A stretch of 64,000 nucleotides of DNA from Candidatus Daviesbacteria bacterium. GTDB taxonomy: Bacteria; Patescibacteriota; Microgenomatia; Daviesbacterales; UBA10151. Positions 45,501 through 55,508 of the stretch are shown piece after piece. Location of the stretch: the NCBI GenBank assembly GCA_030648645.1, contig JAUSHL010000038.1, positions 3,657 through 67,656 on the forward strand, given 5' to 3'. A program made the position numbers and the translations under genes. Position 1 is the stretch's first letter. Each line of letters begins with the position of its first letter. The notes below the pieces were generated by a model. It was not told the DNA's origin, ran no database searches, and saw only the letters and a program-made list of their open reading frames with translations.

Positions 45501-46292
45501 ATGAAAAAGAAAATTTTTGTTATTTTAATAGTTTTGAGTGTTTTAGCCTTGCTTTTTCGTTTTGGAGTGCCAATGCTCGCTAGTTTGTGGGAAAATCCTA
45601 AATCAGGGCTGCAGATTAGCTCAACTCCCGAAGCTGATGTTTTATTTGATGGTCAACCAGTGGGCAGAACTCCTTATGAAAATAATGATTTAAAAGTAAG
45701 AGATTATAAAATTACACTTAAAGCAGGAGAATCTATCTGGCAGGGAATGATTCCAACAACAGCAGGTACGGTTTCTATTCTAAATAGAGATTTAGCTCCC
45801 AATATTGCTTCTTCTTCCGGAGAAGCTTTGGTATTAAGAAAAGGAAAAGGGGTTTTTTTAACTTCAACTCCCTCTGAGACAGAAATAGAAATTAATGGGA
45901 AAGTTTATGGTAAAACTCCTCTTTTAATTTCAGATTTAGCACCTGCCGAATATGTTTTTTTGTTATCTCATTCAGGATATAATAAGAGACAAATTAGAGT
46001 AGTTTTACCACCTCAAATGCAACTAAATATTAATACCGACTTAGCTGTCACGGAAGTTGATTTAGGAGTAAGTTCCAATATTCCTAAAGTAAGTTCTGAA
46101 ACTAAAGTTACAGTCAAACAAACTCCCACAGGATTTTTGAGAGTAAGAAATAAACCATCAACTACGGGAAAGGAATTAGCCAGAGTTTCTGCTGGCGATA
46201 GTTTAATTTTATTGGAAGAAGGTACTTGGGATAAAATCAGGACTACTGATGGAATAGAAGGTTATGTTTCCGGGGTTTATATAATTAAGTGA
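45501..46292 (+). CDS. PEGA-domain protein with C-terminal SH3b domain
   Basis: Two PEGA-like segments (PEADVLFDGQPVGRTPY; PSETEIEINGKVYGKTP) and SH3_3-like C-terminus. Confidence 0.5.
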   Translation: MKKKIFVILIVLSVLALLFRFGVPMLASLWENPKSGLQISSTPEADVLFDGQPVGRTPYENNDLKVRDYKITLKAGESIWQGMIPTTAGTVSILNRDLAPNIASSSGEALVLRKGKGVFLTSTPSETEIEINGKVYGKTPLLISDLAPAEYVFLLSHSGYNKRQIRVVLPPQMQLNINTDLAVTEVDLGVSSNIPKVSSETKVTVKQTPTGFLRVRNKPSTTGKELARVSAGDSLILLEEGTWDKIRTTDGIEGYVSGVYIIK

Positions 46293-46295
46293 TTT

Positions 46296-47228
46296 TTAAC
46301 CTCCCAAGTAGTAGATAATTACTATAATAGTGATTAACCAAAGAATAACTGTAGCCAAAATTGGAGTATCAGTTAAAATGACTCTTTCCGGAGACTCTCC
46401 CTCTCTTTTTTCATAAATAATGTAAAGATATCTCATCACTCCATAAAGCACTAAAGGTACAGTGATCATTAAATATTTAGCTTCAATAAAAGGAATAGCA
46501 GCGATATTGAAAAAACCTGTAAAGATAGGTTTTATAATAATAGGGGGTTGTTGAAAAGCAAATAAAGCGTAGGTAAGCCAAGCAGACGTGGCAAACATCG
46601 CAGTTAAAATATCCAAAAAATTTTCCGGGTAATGAAGTAATGTCTCTCTTTGTTTGCCAGCTTCTTTTCGCCAAAGAGTAAGTTCTGATCTTCTTTTTCC
46701 AATTGCTAAAAAGAGAGCGCAGGCAATAATTGAAAGTAAAAACCAAACATTTAAATGAGCATCGATTACCCAAATTCCGGCATAAATTCGAAGGACAAAT
46801 CCGGCTGCAATAACTATTACATCTATTAAAATAATAGATTTTAAATAAGCAGAATATAAAAGTTGTAGTATCAAATAGCCCAAACCTGCATAGAAAAATG
46901 AAGGATTAAGACGGTATGAAAGCGGTAACAAGATGGCAATTAAAACTATGGCGATAGTTATAGCTACTTTGGGTGAAATTAAACCTGAGGCGATAGGGCG
47001 GCGTTTTTTAAATGGATGTTGTCTGTCGCGATTAATATCAAAAACATCATTAATAAAATATGTCGCAGAAGAAAGTCCGCAAAAAATTATAAAAGCCTGA
47101 GTAACAATAAACAGAGAATTTGAATTATCCAGTTGTCCAGAAAAAATTAACCCAGCAAAGAGGGCAAAGTTTTTTATCCATTGTCGCGGTCTGGCCGTTT
47201 TGATAAGTCCCCAAAGGAATTTAGCCAT
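46296..47228 (-). CDS. UbiA-family prenyltransferase, decaprenyl-phosphate phosphoribosyltransferase-like
   Basis: N-terminal ARPRQWIKN motif plus multiple TM segments. Confidence 0.6.
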   Translation of the reverse strand: MAKFLWGLIKTARPRQWIKNFALFAGLIFSGQLDNSNSLFIVTQAFIIFCGLSSATYFINDVFDINRDRQHPFKKRRPIASGLISPKVAITIAIVLIAILLPLSYRLNPSFFYAGLGYLILQLLYSAYLKSIILIDVIVIAAGFVLRIYAGIWVIDAHLNVWFLLSIIACALFLAIGKRRSELTLWRKEAGKQRETLLHYPENFLDILTAMFATSAWLTYALFAFQQPPIIIKPIFTGFFNIAAIPFIEAKYLMITVPLVLYGVMRYLYIIYEKREGESPERVILTDTPILATVILWLITIIVIIYYLGG

Positions 47229-48295
47229 AAAATAAATCCTACAAATATTGTTGATACTGCAATTAAAGCAAATATTTTACTTTGAGTATCGACAAATAAT
47301 GCAATTGCTCCTAAGATAACACTTCCGAAAATATAAAACAAGCTGATTTTTTGATGTGACCAGCCAAGATCATCATATAATCTATGATGCAAGTGTCCGC
47401 GGTCTCCCCAAACGGGTGAGTGACCGGATTTTACTCTTCGATAAAAGGTATAAATAAAATCAGCAGTGGGAATACCTAAAACAAGTAGGGCTGTTGCCAA
47501 TTTTGCTCCGGATAAAATTGCTAAAATTGCCAAAAGATAAGCCAGTATTGTTGATCCGGAAAAACCCGGAAAAATTTTTGCCGGATGCCAATTAAAAATC
47601 AAAAATCCCAAAGATACTCCGGCTGTAATAAAGGCAAGTTTGGCAATGGGTAATTGATTAATATCTCCCTGAATATAAAATTTTAAGGAGAGTATTCCCA
47701 AGACAATAGCTGCAACCATTGTTATCCCGGGCATTTGCCCATCAACTCCTTTGGACCAATTAATAATTTGAGTTAGAGCTACGATCCAAATGAAGGCTAA
47801 AATATCTGCTAATAAAATTATCTTGTGAGTTCCATAAAAATCTACAGGAATAATAATTTGATCTAAGCTTAAAATTGGCGTAGTTAAATTAATTGGTAAA
47901 AGGGGAATATGAGTTAACGGATTGTTAATAAAAGCAACACCAATACCTGCTCCGACAGCACAGCCTGCTGCCAAAAAAATTAATACCAGTCGGAAGTAAG
48001 GGCTAAAATTTCTTTTTTTATCATCAATTAAACCTGTGATTAGAAGGATAGTAATACCTATAAATATGCCAATGAAAGCTTTAGTAATGGGTAAAAATAA
48101 TAAAACGCTGATTACTACTCCAATATAAATAGCTAATCCTCCAGCCCGGGGAATAATATCCAAATGGATATGAGCAGGGTGTGGTCTATTTTTAGGATTA
48201 TCAACTAAATCATATTTTTTGGCCAGTTTAATTACAAATGGTATGGACAGAATAGTTATTAAACAAGAAAAAATAAAAATTAATAAAATTTCCAT
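47174..48295 (-). CDS. glycosyltransferase family 4 polyprenyl-phosphate sugar-1-phosphate transferase (MraY/WecA family)
   Basis: ...KKYDLVDNPKNRPHPAHIHLDIIPRAGGLAIY... typical of WecA/MraY; 11 TM segments. Confidence 0.7.
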   Translation of the reverse strand: MEILLIFIFSCLITILSIPFVIKLAKKYDLVDNPKNRPHPAHIHLDIIPRAGGLAIYIGVVISVLLFLPITKAFIGIFIGITILLITGLIDDKKRNFSPYFRLVLIFLAAGCAVGAGIGVAFINNPLTHIPLLPINLTTPILSLDQIIIPVDFYGTHKIILLADILAFIWIVALTQIINWSKGVDGQMPGITMVAAIVLGILSLKFYIQGDINQLPIAKLAFITAGVSLGFLIFNWHPAKIFPGFSGSTILAYLLAILAILSGAKLATALLVLGIPTADFIYTFYRRVKSGHSPVWGDRGHLHHRLYDDLGWSHQKISLFYIFGSVILGAIALFVDTQSKIFALIAVSTIFVGFILWLNSFGDLSKRPDRDNG

Positions 48296-48301
48296 AACTT
48301 T

Positions 48302-48661
48302 TTATAAAAAAATAGATAATATTTTTAAGAAAGTGGTTAAAATAATCAAATCAATAAATATTAAACTGAGCATTAATAATCTTTTTAAAACTTTTTGCAA
48401 AGGATGAAGTTGAGAAACAATGAAAGTATTGATTAATATTATAACCGATAAAACAATCGGCAATAGAAATAATTGTTGTTTTGAAACCAATTGATTATCT
48501 CCCCAAGATAAAGAATAAAAAAGAGGTAATTGTGGTGGTAGTGATATAAAAAAAATCCAAATTAATATGGTAATTAACAGCACTGTAAATAAGGATATTA
48601 AAAGGGGAATTAAAAAATATTGATCTTTGGATTCAAAAATGAGAGATAGTTTTTTTTTCAT
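48302..48661 (-). CDS. small integral membrane protein
   Basis: ORF track; three hydrophobic segments; 4-nt overlap with upstream GT2 gene. Confidence 0.3.
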   Translation of the reverse strand: MKKKLSLIFESKDQYFLIPLLISLFTVLLITILIWIFFISLPPQLPLFYSLSWGDNQLVSKQQLFLLPIVLSVIILINTFIVSQLHPLQKVLKRLLMLSLIFIDLIILTTFLKILSIFL

Positions 48662-50457
48662 TTTGTAGAAATTCTGGCTTTATTAGTAGTTCTAAATTCC
48701 ATATATTTTCCCAGCATTAGTCGAGTTTGAGCATCAAGTGCGGGAATAGTTAAAATGGATACAAGAGCAATGGGAATAAAAACCCATTGGATATAAGACC
48801 AAATTTTTTGCCAAATATTCCAAGTAGATGGTCTTTTGGGAGCCAATTTTTCATTTACATAAATAGTGGAAAAAAGCCCGATAAAAGCGGCTGTTAAAAT
48901 CCAAGAGGCAATTATATTTAAATTATGCGAAACTACCGATTCGGAATAACCCGGATTAATCAACGGAATAAAAAACCCACCAAAAGTAATAAATAGTGCC
49001 AATGTTCCCCATTTAAAATATGACCAAAGAATAAAGGTTAATTTGTCCATTCTATCATTAAAGTTCATATCTTTATTTTTGAAAAATTGCATGATAATAA
49101 AAGGAATATGTTCCACACCATAAGCCCATCTTTTAAGTTGCAAATATTGATTTTGGAAAGTTTTGACTAAAGTTGTATCCAAACAGGCATCGGCCGAAAT
49201 AGGTAAATAATGAGGAATAACTTTATAATCGCCTTTGAAATGATAATAAGCTTTCCAATAAAAACCGGAGTCGTCATTAACTTTATTGGGGATCCATAGT
49301 CCAATATCCAGTAATGTTTTCATATTAATTGATAGAGAGGAGAAATTAATATATTTATCGGATCCGACCATTTCGGATAATTGCCAAAAGGCAGTACCTG
49401 TAGCAATAATTCTCATGGGAGTTGGAGCCTGCCAGTAATTATTGTTATAGAGAAAAGTTCCGGTGAATGATCTTTTATTTCTTTCATTTTCCGGCGTTTT
49501 CAAATATTTATGCAAAGCACCAGTTAAAAATTGTTTATTAATTACAAAATCGGCATCGAGTGTAGTAACTATTACCTGCTCAGGTTTGATATTTAATTTA
49601 TTAAATTCTTTGATGGCACAATTTATCATCCAATTTCTGTTTGTAGCCGGTCCGGGAATTTCTCCTTCCAGTTCTACAGGATGTAAAGTTGCAAAAACTC
49701 CGCCAATTTTGGAAGAAAGTTTTTTCACGGCATTCATTCTTGTCTTTACTCCTTCCGGATCTTTTTGCATCATCCGATCTTCAAAACCAACTATTAAAAA
49801 AACTTTTTTCTTGGGATAATCAGAATCAATTACGGCATTAATAGCCGGCATAATTACCTCCGATCCTTCGTTATAAGTCGGTAAGACTAACAAATGGTAA
49901 TAATTTTCCCAAGTATCAGGAAAATCATGTTTCAATTTTTCCAGCCAATTTTGTTTCTTGGCAAAATCCATTCTTTTATATCCAACATAAAGTAAAACGG
50001 AAATTCTAATAGCCGAAATGAACCAATAAACATCAGCTAAAATTATCAGATATGCAACAGCAAAGGGGAGTGCAAATGATAACCAAATCGGGGAAGTTAG
50101 AGCCAACCAAGTTAAGGCTCCTGGTAAAATTTCTAGTAATCTTTCAATAGTGCTCTCATGTTTTTTGGCAAAACGCATTTCAATGTCTTCGGAAAGAATA
50201 TAACTTTTGGAAAAAAGATGATGAAAAATTAAACCAAAGCCTGAGCCAATTAAAAAAATAGAAAACAAATATTTAAGAGGTTCAGAAGATGTGAAGAATA
50301 ATCCTGTAAATCCTGCAAAAATTAAAAAAATACCAAAAATACTATGATTGATATGGATTATTTTATTCAGGCCAATTTTTCTGACTAAAGATACCAGGAT
50401 TTCTGCTAAATAAAAACAGATTATTAACCCGACCAGAAAACTTAATAATATTCTCAT
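48658..50457 (-). CDS. membrane glycosyltransferase family 2 (processive, cellulose/chitin-synthase-like, QxxRW)
   Basis: TLDADF (DxD region) and QLKRWAYG (QxxRW) with N- and C-terminal TM bundles. Confidence 0.6.
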   Translation of the reverse strand: MRILLSFLVGLIICFYLAEILVSLVRKIGLNKIIHINHSIFGIFLIFAGFTGLFFTSSEPLKYLFSIFLIGSGFGLIFHHLFSKSYILSEDIEMRFAKKHESTIERLLEILPGALTWLALTSPIWLSFALPFAVAYLIILADVYWFISAIRISVLLYVGYKRMDFAKKQNWLEKLKHDFPDTWENYYHLLVLPTYNEGSEVIMPAINAVIDSDYPKKKVFLIVGFEDRMMQKDPEGVKTRMNAVKKLSSKIGGVFATLHPVELEGEIPGPATNRNWMINCAIKEFNKLNIKPEQVIVTTLDADFVINKQFLTGALHKYLKTPENERNKRSFTGTFLYNNNYWQAPTPMRIIATGTAFWQLSEMVGSDKYINFSSLSINMKTLLDIGLWIPNKVNDDSGFYWKAYYHFKGDYKVIPHYLPISADACLDTTLVKTFQNQYLQLKRWAYGVEHIPFIIMQFFKNKDMNFNDRMDKLTFILWSYFKWGTLALFITFGGFFIPLINPGYSESVVSHNLNIIASWILTAAFIGLFSTIYVNEKLAPKRPSTWNIWQKIWSYIQWVFIPIALVSILTIPALDAQTRLMLGKYMEFRTTNKARISTK

Positions 50458-50583
50458 TTTTTATGGCAAGTTAGTTAATTATATCCAAAACACTCGCTTA
50501 ATCAAAGTTTTGGATTCAAGCTATTTAACGAGACCGCCAGCTGGCGGTTGCAAATTCGAGTTAAATTAGCTTATACTTAAAAT

Positions 50584-51417
50584 TTAGGAGAAATGGAAAA
50601 GTATCTGGGCGTTGTGGAAAGTGACTTGAGCAATTTTCTCACAAGATAAGTCTTTAATTTGGGCAATGACTTTGACCACTTCCACTACATCAGCCGGTTC
50701 ACATCTTTGTCCGCGTTTACTTTGTGGCGGTAAAAAAGGACAATCTGTTTCAGTTAAAATCTTATCTTGTGGCATGAATTTAATAATTTCCCGGAGATAT
50801 TCATTTTTAGGGTAAGTAATAATACAGGAAAATGATAAATAAAATCCTAAATTTAAGGCTTTTTGGGCATCATCAAAGTTGGAAGTAAAACTATGAAAGA
50901 CACCACTTATACCTGTAAAATCAAAATTAAAAATATCTTCCCAAGCCGATCTGCAATGAATTATTAATGGTAGATTGAGCTTTCTGGCTAAATCAATTTG
51001 GGCCTGGAAAAGTTTTTTCTGGATAAACACCTCCGAGGTGGGCTTTGACTCCTCGGAGGTGGAAAAGAAATCCAAACCACATTCACCAACGCCAATCACT
51101 TTTTGCGGATTTGCTAAATATATTTTTTCCAAAGCTCTTATTTTTTCCGGAATAGATTTTGCCGGATTTGCAATTGGCACATATTCAGGGTGTAATCCAA
51201 TGGTAGAAAACATTTTAATTTGATCATTTTCTAATTGGGTTGCTGCCTTAGCAGAATTAACACTGGGCCCAATATTTATAATAGTTGTGACTCCGGCTAT
51301 TTTGGCTCTTTCAATAACATTCTCAAAATCAGGCTTAAATTGCTTCACATCCAGATGTGCATGAGTGTCAATAAGTTGATTCATATAAAAATAAATTAAT
51401 TTTAATTTAGGGAACAA
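50584..51417 (-). CDS. tatD: TatD-family metal-dependent hydrolase/DNase
   Basis: LIDTHAHLD N-terminal motif; ~277 aa. Confidence 0.8.
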   Translation of the reverse strand: MFPKLKLIYFYMNQLIDTHAHLDVKQFKPDFENVIERAKIAGVTTIINIGPSVNSAKAATQLENDQIKMFSTIGLHPEYVPIANPAKSIPEKIRALEKIYLANPQKVIGVGECGLDFFSTSEESKPTSEVFIQKKLFQAQIDLARKLNLPLIIHCRSAWEDIFNFDFTGISGVFHSFTSNFDDAQKALNLGFYLSFSCIITYPKNEYLREIIKFMPQDKILTETDCPFLPPQSKRGQRCEPADVVEVVKVIAQIKDLSCEKIAQVTFHNAQILFHFS

Positions 51418-51451
51418 TTAATCGCTATAGCGACTCGTTGTCCCCCTTTGG

Positions 51452-52081
51452 TCATTTAGACTTTTGGCCAATAAATTTAATTAATTTTACTTTATCTTTA
51501 TATGATTTTCCCTCATGATCCATGATTAAAGTCTTAAATTGGTAAGAAAATTTTTCCATTGATTGAATACTAAAAAATCGTTTAGTAATTCCCGGTAGTA
51601 ATTCAAAAAAATCATTTTCAATTTTATTGCCAGTATTATATTCAGGATCTTTTGTAGAATTAACAATTACAGCTAGTATTCCTTCTGGTTTCAGGACTCT
51701 GTAAATTTCAGAAAATATTTGTGTAGTAATTTTATTATCAAAAAAATGAATTGCAAGGTGTGCATAAATAATGTTGAATTCGTTATCATTAAAAGGGAAG
51801 ACTTTTTTTAGATTTAATTTTTGAATTGAAATTTGTTTAAGGGAGTGTTTTTGTAAATTATATTTTAGAGCTGTTTCTGAAAAATCCGTAGAAATAACTG
51901 AGTATCCTTTGGTTGCAAAAAAATTACCATCTTGACCATGACCAGCGCCTAATTCTAATAATTTGCCGTTTTTGGGAAAAAATTGAATAGCCCACTTTGC
52001 AAAAATAGAGGGTTTATCAATCCATTTTTCTTTGGAATATCCTGTGATTTTTTTATCCCAATAATTTTGCTGATTATCCAT
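51452..52081 (-). CDS. class I SAM-dependent methyltransferase
   Basis: Motif I LLELGAGHGQDGNFFA. Confidence 0.6.
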   Translation of the reverse strand: MDNQQNYWDKKITGYSKEKWIDKPSIFAKWAIQFFPKNGKLLELGAGHGQDGNFFATKGYSVISTDFSETALKYNLQKHSLKQISIQKLNLKKVFPFNDNEFNIIYAHLAIHFFDNKITTQIFSEIYRVLKPEGILAVIVNSTKDPEYNTGNKIENDFFELLPGITKRFFSIQSMEKFSYQFKTLIMDHEGKSYKDKVKLIKFIGQKSK

Positions 52082-52084
52082 AAG

Positions 52085-53476
52085 TTAAATTCTGGGAAAA
52101 AGTGGTGGGGCGGATTTTATTTCACCAGAAAATTGTTTCATAATTTTTTCTGCAGTTTCTGGGAGGAATGGTTTTAAATTAAAGGCAATTTGCTGGATTT
52201 TTAAAACTAAATCTTCCAGAATTGGTTTGGCTTTTTCTTGATCCAATTCCCATGGTTTTGTTTCATTGATTTTTTTATCTGCTTCAGTAATTTCTGACCA
52301 GATATAACTTAAAGCCTCATTTAATTTATATTCTTCAATTAAAGTGCCGAGATTTTTTGCTATTGCAAGATTTCTCGTCACCCCACTAATATTATTATTC
52401 TCACATAGTTTGGCAACGCGGGCTATCAAATTTCCCAAACCATTGGCGAGGTCACTATTGTATTTTTCATTAAACCAAGCAAAATCAACTTCACTATCAG
52501 AATTGTAAGGCATACTGACAGCGAGTAAGTAACGTGTTCCGTCAGTACCATATTTTTCTAACAAATCATCGACAGTAACAGCATTCCCCAAAGATTTTCC
52601 AACTTTTTTTCCTTCAACATTATAATATCCATGAACAAAGATTTTTTTAGGTAGGGGAAGTTCTAGTGAAAGAAGCAGTGCCGGCCAGATTACAGAATGA
52701 AACCAATTATTTCCTTTACCTAAAAAATGTAAATCTGCCGGCCAAAAATCATCTTTTTTAAAAATTTTTGTAGCAGTGTAATAATTCATTAAAGCTTCTA
52801 CCCAAACGTAAACAGTTTGTTGTTCATCCCAAGGTAATTTAATTCCCCAAGGAACATTTTGGCGGGAAATGGATAAATCATGAATTTCGCCATCCAAACG
52901 TGCAAGAATTTCTTTCTTTTTGCTTTCCGGTTCTAAGGGTAATGTGCCATCAAGAATATATTTTTTAATAGTAGGGATATATTTTGTTAATTTGAAAAAA
53001 TAATTTTCTTCTTCTTTTGTTGAAATTTGATCAGAGCGATGTTCAGGACAATGACCATCAACCAAATCCCTTTCCGATTTAAATTCTTCACAACCCACAC
53101 AATACACTCCTGTATAAGTTGCTTTATAAATATCTCCATTTTCTTTGATTTGATTTAAAAGTTTGGCAACTATTTCTTTGTGTTCAGGCAGAGTCGTTCT
53201 CATAAAAATATCATGGCTGATATTTAATTTTTGCCAATAATCCTGCCATTTTTGGGCAAGTTCATCAACAAATTGTTGAGGTTCTTTATCTTCCTTCTTT
53301 GATGCCAGATAAACTTTTTCTCCATGTTCATCTAAACCTGTTAAGAAAAGTACATCATTTTCTTTTAATCTGTTATATCTGGCAATAATATCAGCAAAAA
53401 TAGTTGTGCCGATGTGTCCAATATGAGGATTATCATTGGCATAATAGATTGGCGTAGTCAGATAAAATTTTTTCAT
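52085..53476 (-). CDS. metG: methionine--tRNA ligase (short form)
   Basis: YYANDNPHIGHIGTT (HIGH region), KVGKSLGN (KMSKS), Zn-knuckle-like CVGCEEF...GHCPEH. Confidence 0.85.
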   Translation of the reverse strand: MKKFYLTTPIYYANDNPHIGHIGTTIFADIIARYNRLKENDVLFLTGLDEHGEKVYLASKKEDKEPQQFVDELAQKWQDYWQKLNISHDIFMRTTLPEHKEIVAKLLNQIKENGDIYKATYTGVYCVGCEEFKSERDLVDGHCPEHRSDQISTKEEENYFFKLTKYIPTIKKYILDGTLPLEPESKKKEILARLDGEIHDLSISRQNVPWGIKLPWDEQQTVYVWVEALMNYYTATKIFKKDDFWPADLHFLGKGNNWFHSVIWPALLLSLELPLPKKIFVHGYYNVEGKKVGKSLGNAVTVDDLLEKYGTDGTRYLLAVSMPYNSDSEVDFAWFNEKYNSDLANGLGNLIARVAKLCENNNISGVTRNLAIAKNLGTLIEEYKLNEALSYIWSEITEADKKINETKPWELDQEKAKPILEDLVLKIQQIAFNLKPFLPETAEKIMKQFSGEIKSAPPLFPRI

Positions 53477-53573
53477 ATTATATTTTTAAGGTTAAAATTT
53501 TGATGCTTAGCTTAAAACGTAAAAAGTTTTAATGCTACGCAATATATATTTCATGGCTAAATTGTATCCTTAC

Positions 53574-53813
53574 TTATAACTTTTGTAAATTAGATAGTTT
53601 AGGAATTTTTTTGGACGAGATTTTTTTGGGAATTTTTTTAAAAAACATTTTAAAGATCAGATTAAGTAAAAAGAATAAAAATAAAAACAGGGGAATAAAA
53701 AATAATCCTAATTGTAAAACGGAAGCAAAAGCAAGATCTTTTGGAGGAGTTACTTGATTTATAATAATAATGAAAATGGCTCCAAAAAATAAAATGGGCA
53801 CTAATTTTTTCAT
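53574..53813 (-). CDS. small membrane protein
   Basis: ORF track; two hydrophobic segments. Confidence 0.25.
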   Translation of the reverse strand: MKKLVPILFFGAIFIIIINQVTPPKDLAFASVLQLGLFFIPLFLFLFFLLNLIFKMFFKKIPKKISSKKIPKLSNLQKL

Positions 53814-53982
53814 TAGTTTATTTTAACTGTTTCAGAAGACAGAATGAAGTCTTTACTTTGTTTAAATCATTGATATAAGATGGATATAAGCTAATTTAAC
53901 TCGAGTATGTAGCTCTCGTTAAATATCTTGAACCCAAAATATTATAATATTTTGGGTATAGAGCAAGAAAGGAAAGTTTTAA

Positions 53983-54192
53983 ATGAAAGCAAAGAAACAT
54001 TCAACAGCCAAAATCCAGAAAAAACAAAAAAATTCATTAACTTCCATTCATGGAATGGGAATTGGAGCCGTTGTTATGGCAATTGGCTGGCTGATTGCAG
54101 CCAGTATGGTTACCATAATCGGAGTCTTGATTTTTGTTCCATCAGCAGGCATGGCTCTTGCCAAACATTTTAAAAAGATAAAAAAACACTAA
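53983..54192 (+). CDS. small membrane protein
   Basis: ORF track; hydrophobic core GIGAVVMAIGWLIAASMVTIIGVLIFV. Confidence 0.25.
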   Translation: MKAKKHSTAKIQKKQKNSLTSIHGMGIGAVVMAIGWLIAASMVTIIGVLIFVPSAGMALAKHFKKIKKH

Positions 54193-54575
54193 GGTATGTC
54201 CGTAGTGTCGGCTTCAGCTTCAGCTTTAGTTTTATGGATAACTCCATCCTTGTGATTTGCTGGGCTATAAATTGTGTAAAGTTTTAGTCCGGTACCTCCT
54301 GCGATCACATTATGTTGTGTGCCTGCTGGAACGACGATTGCAAATCCATCGGAAATTTGATGTTGCTCACCATTCATTACAACTTTTCCGGATCCTTTTT
54401 CTATCCTAAAAAATTGGTCAACATTTTCGTGCATTTCCATACCAATTTCCTTATTCGGATTAAGGCTCATTAAAACAAGTTGTGAATGTGGCGCGGTGAA
54501 AATTACTTTTCGGAAATTATCGTTACCTAAAGTGTCAGTGTCTATATTGGTTACAAATCCTGCCATTAAATTCAC
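54189..54575 (-). CDS. cupin-domain protein
   Basis: Cupin_2-like ...GFAIVVPAGTQHNVI... Confidence 0.55.
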   Translation of the reverse strand: MNLMAGFVTNIDTDTLGNDNFRKVIFTAPHSQLVLMSLNPNKEIGMEMHENVDQFFRIEKGSGKVVMNGEQHQISDGFAIVVPAGTQHNVIAGGTGLKLYTIYSPANHKDGVIHKTKAEAEADTTDIP

Positions 54576-54748
54576 CCCCTTTAGAAGTTCAGTATATCAT
54601 GTTGGGTATTTTTAAATGGTTCCATATTTATAATTTATACATATGCTTGAAACATACCAAAATTTCGCTGGAGCGAATAATTGGTATGAAATATATAAAT
54701 ATCATTCTCACTGATTTTAAATTATAATTAGCTAGAATTTACTAAAGT

Positions 54749-55399
54749 ATGAATAGTTTTTTTGAAATCACAAAATATGATCCAAAAATAGATTCTGAAG
54801 AACTTTTAAAAGAGCAAGTAAATAACGCCTATGAGGCAAATAAATTATTTTTTGGGCAGGATGTAGAAATAAAAATAAATATTATTTATAAGCGGGAAGA
54901 AATGAATCAAGTACAGGGTAGAAAAACTGATGATTGGATAGTTGGTACAGCCAGAAATGATCAGATAACAATATTTAGTCCGGAAGTATTTGATAAAGTT
55001 TCAAATCATTCTCGATCTGATTTTAATTTTGTGCTTACTCATGAGATTACACATATATTTACAGATAAAATGTATGGATTTAAATTTCCTGTGTGGTTTA
55101 AAGAAGGATTGGCAGGTTATGTAGCAGAACAATATAAACAAAGTACCATAAATACGGAAAATGTTCAGGATTTTCAAATGTTGCATGGTTATAAAGATTG
55201 GCAGGAACATCCAAATTATAGGCAGGCTTATTCTTTTATTAATTATATAGTCAAAAATGCAGGAAAAGATAAATTGTTCGAATTTTGTTCTAAATTAGAA
55301 GAAAAAGAATCTTATGAAGATTTTTGTCAAAAATTTAAAGAAAATTTTGGTGATGATTTAGATAAATATAAACAAAAGTGGATGCAAAAATTAATTTAA
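54749..55399 (+). CDS. putative HExxH zinc metallopeptidase-like protein
   Basis: VLTHEITHIF motif. Confidence 0.35.
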   Translation: MNSFFEITKYDPKIDSEELLKEQVNNAYEANKLFFGQDVEIKINIIYKREEMNQVQGRKTDDWIVGTARNDQITIFSPEVFDKVSNHSRSDFNFVLTHEITHIFTDKMYGFKFPVWFKEGLAGYVAEQYKQSTINTENVQDFQMLHGYKDWQEHPNYRQAYSFINYIVKNAGKDKLFEFCSKLEEKESYEDFCQKFKENFGDDLDKYKQKWMQKLI

Positions 55400-55430
55400 T
55401 TGAATTATAGAGGTACAATTAGTCGCATCA

Positions 55431-55450
55431 GATTCGTCAGCTGACGAATC
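55431..55450 (+). terminator. perfect 10-bp inverted repeat hairpin after the HExxH gene
   Basis: gattcgtcag/ctgacgaatc; no clear T-run. Confidence 0.3.
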
Positions 55451-55508
55451 GCAAGCTCTGTTTATAGCGATTCATTGCACCCCTAAAATTTCATTGTAGA
55501 TTCGGAAG

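Noticed and set aside
47174-47228. 55-nt same-strand overlap between GT4 and UbiA-family genes, possibly signalling a frameshift or fusion
   Set aside because: Both proteins are complete with their own N-terminal motifs. The likely explanation is an overlapping or alternative start, not a disrupted gene.
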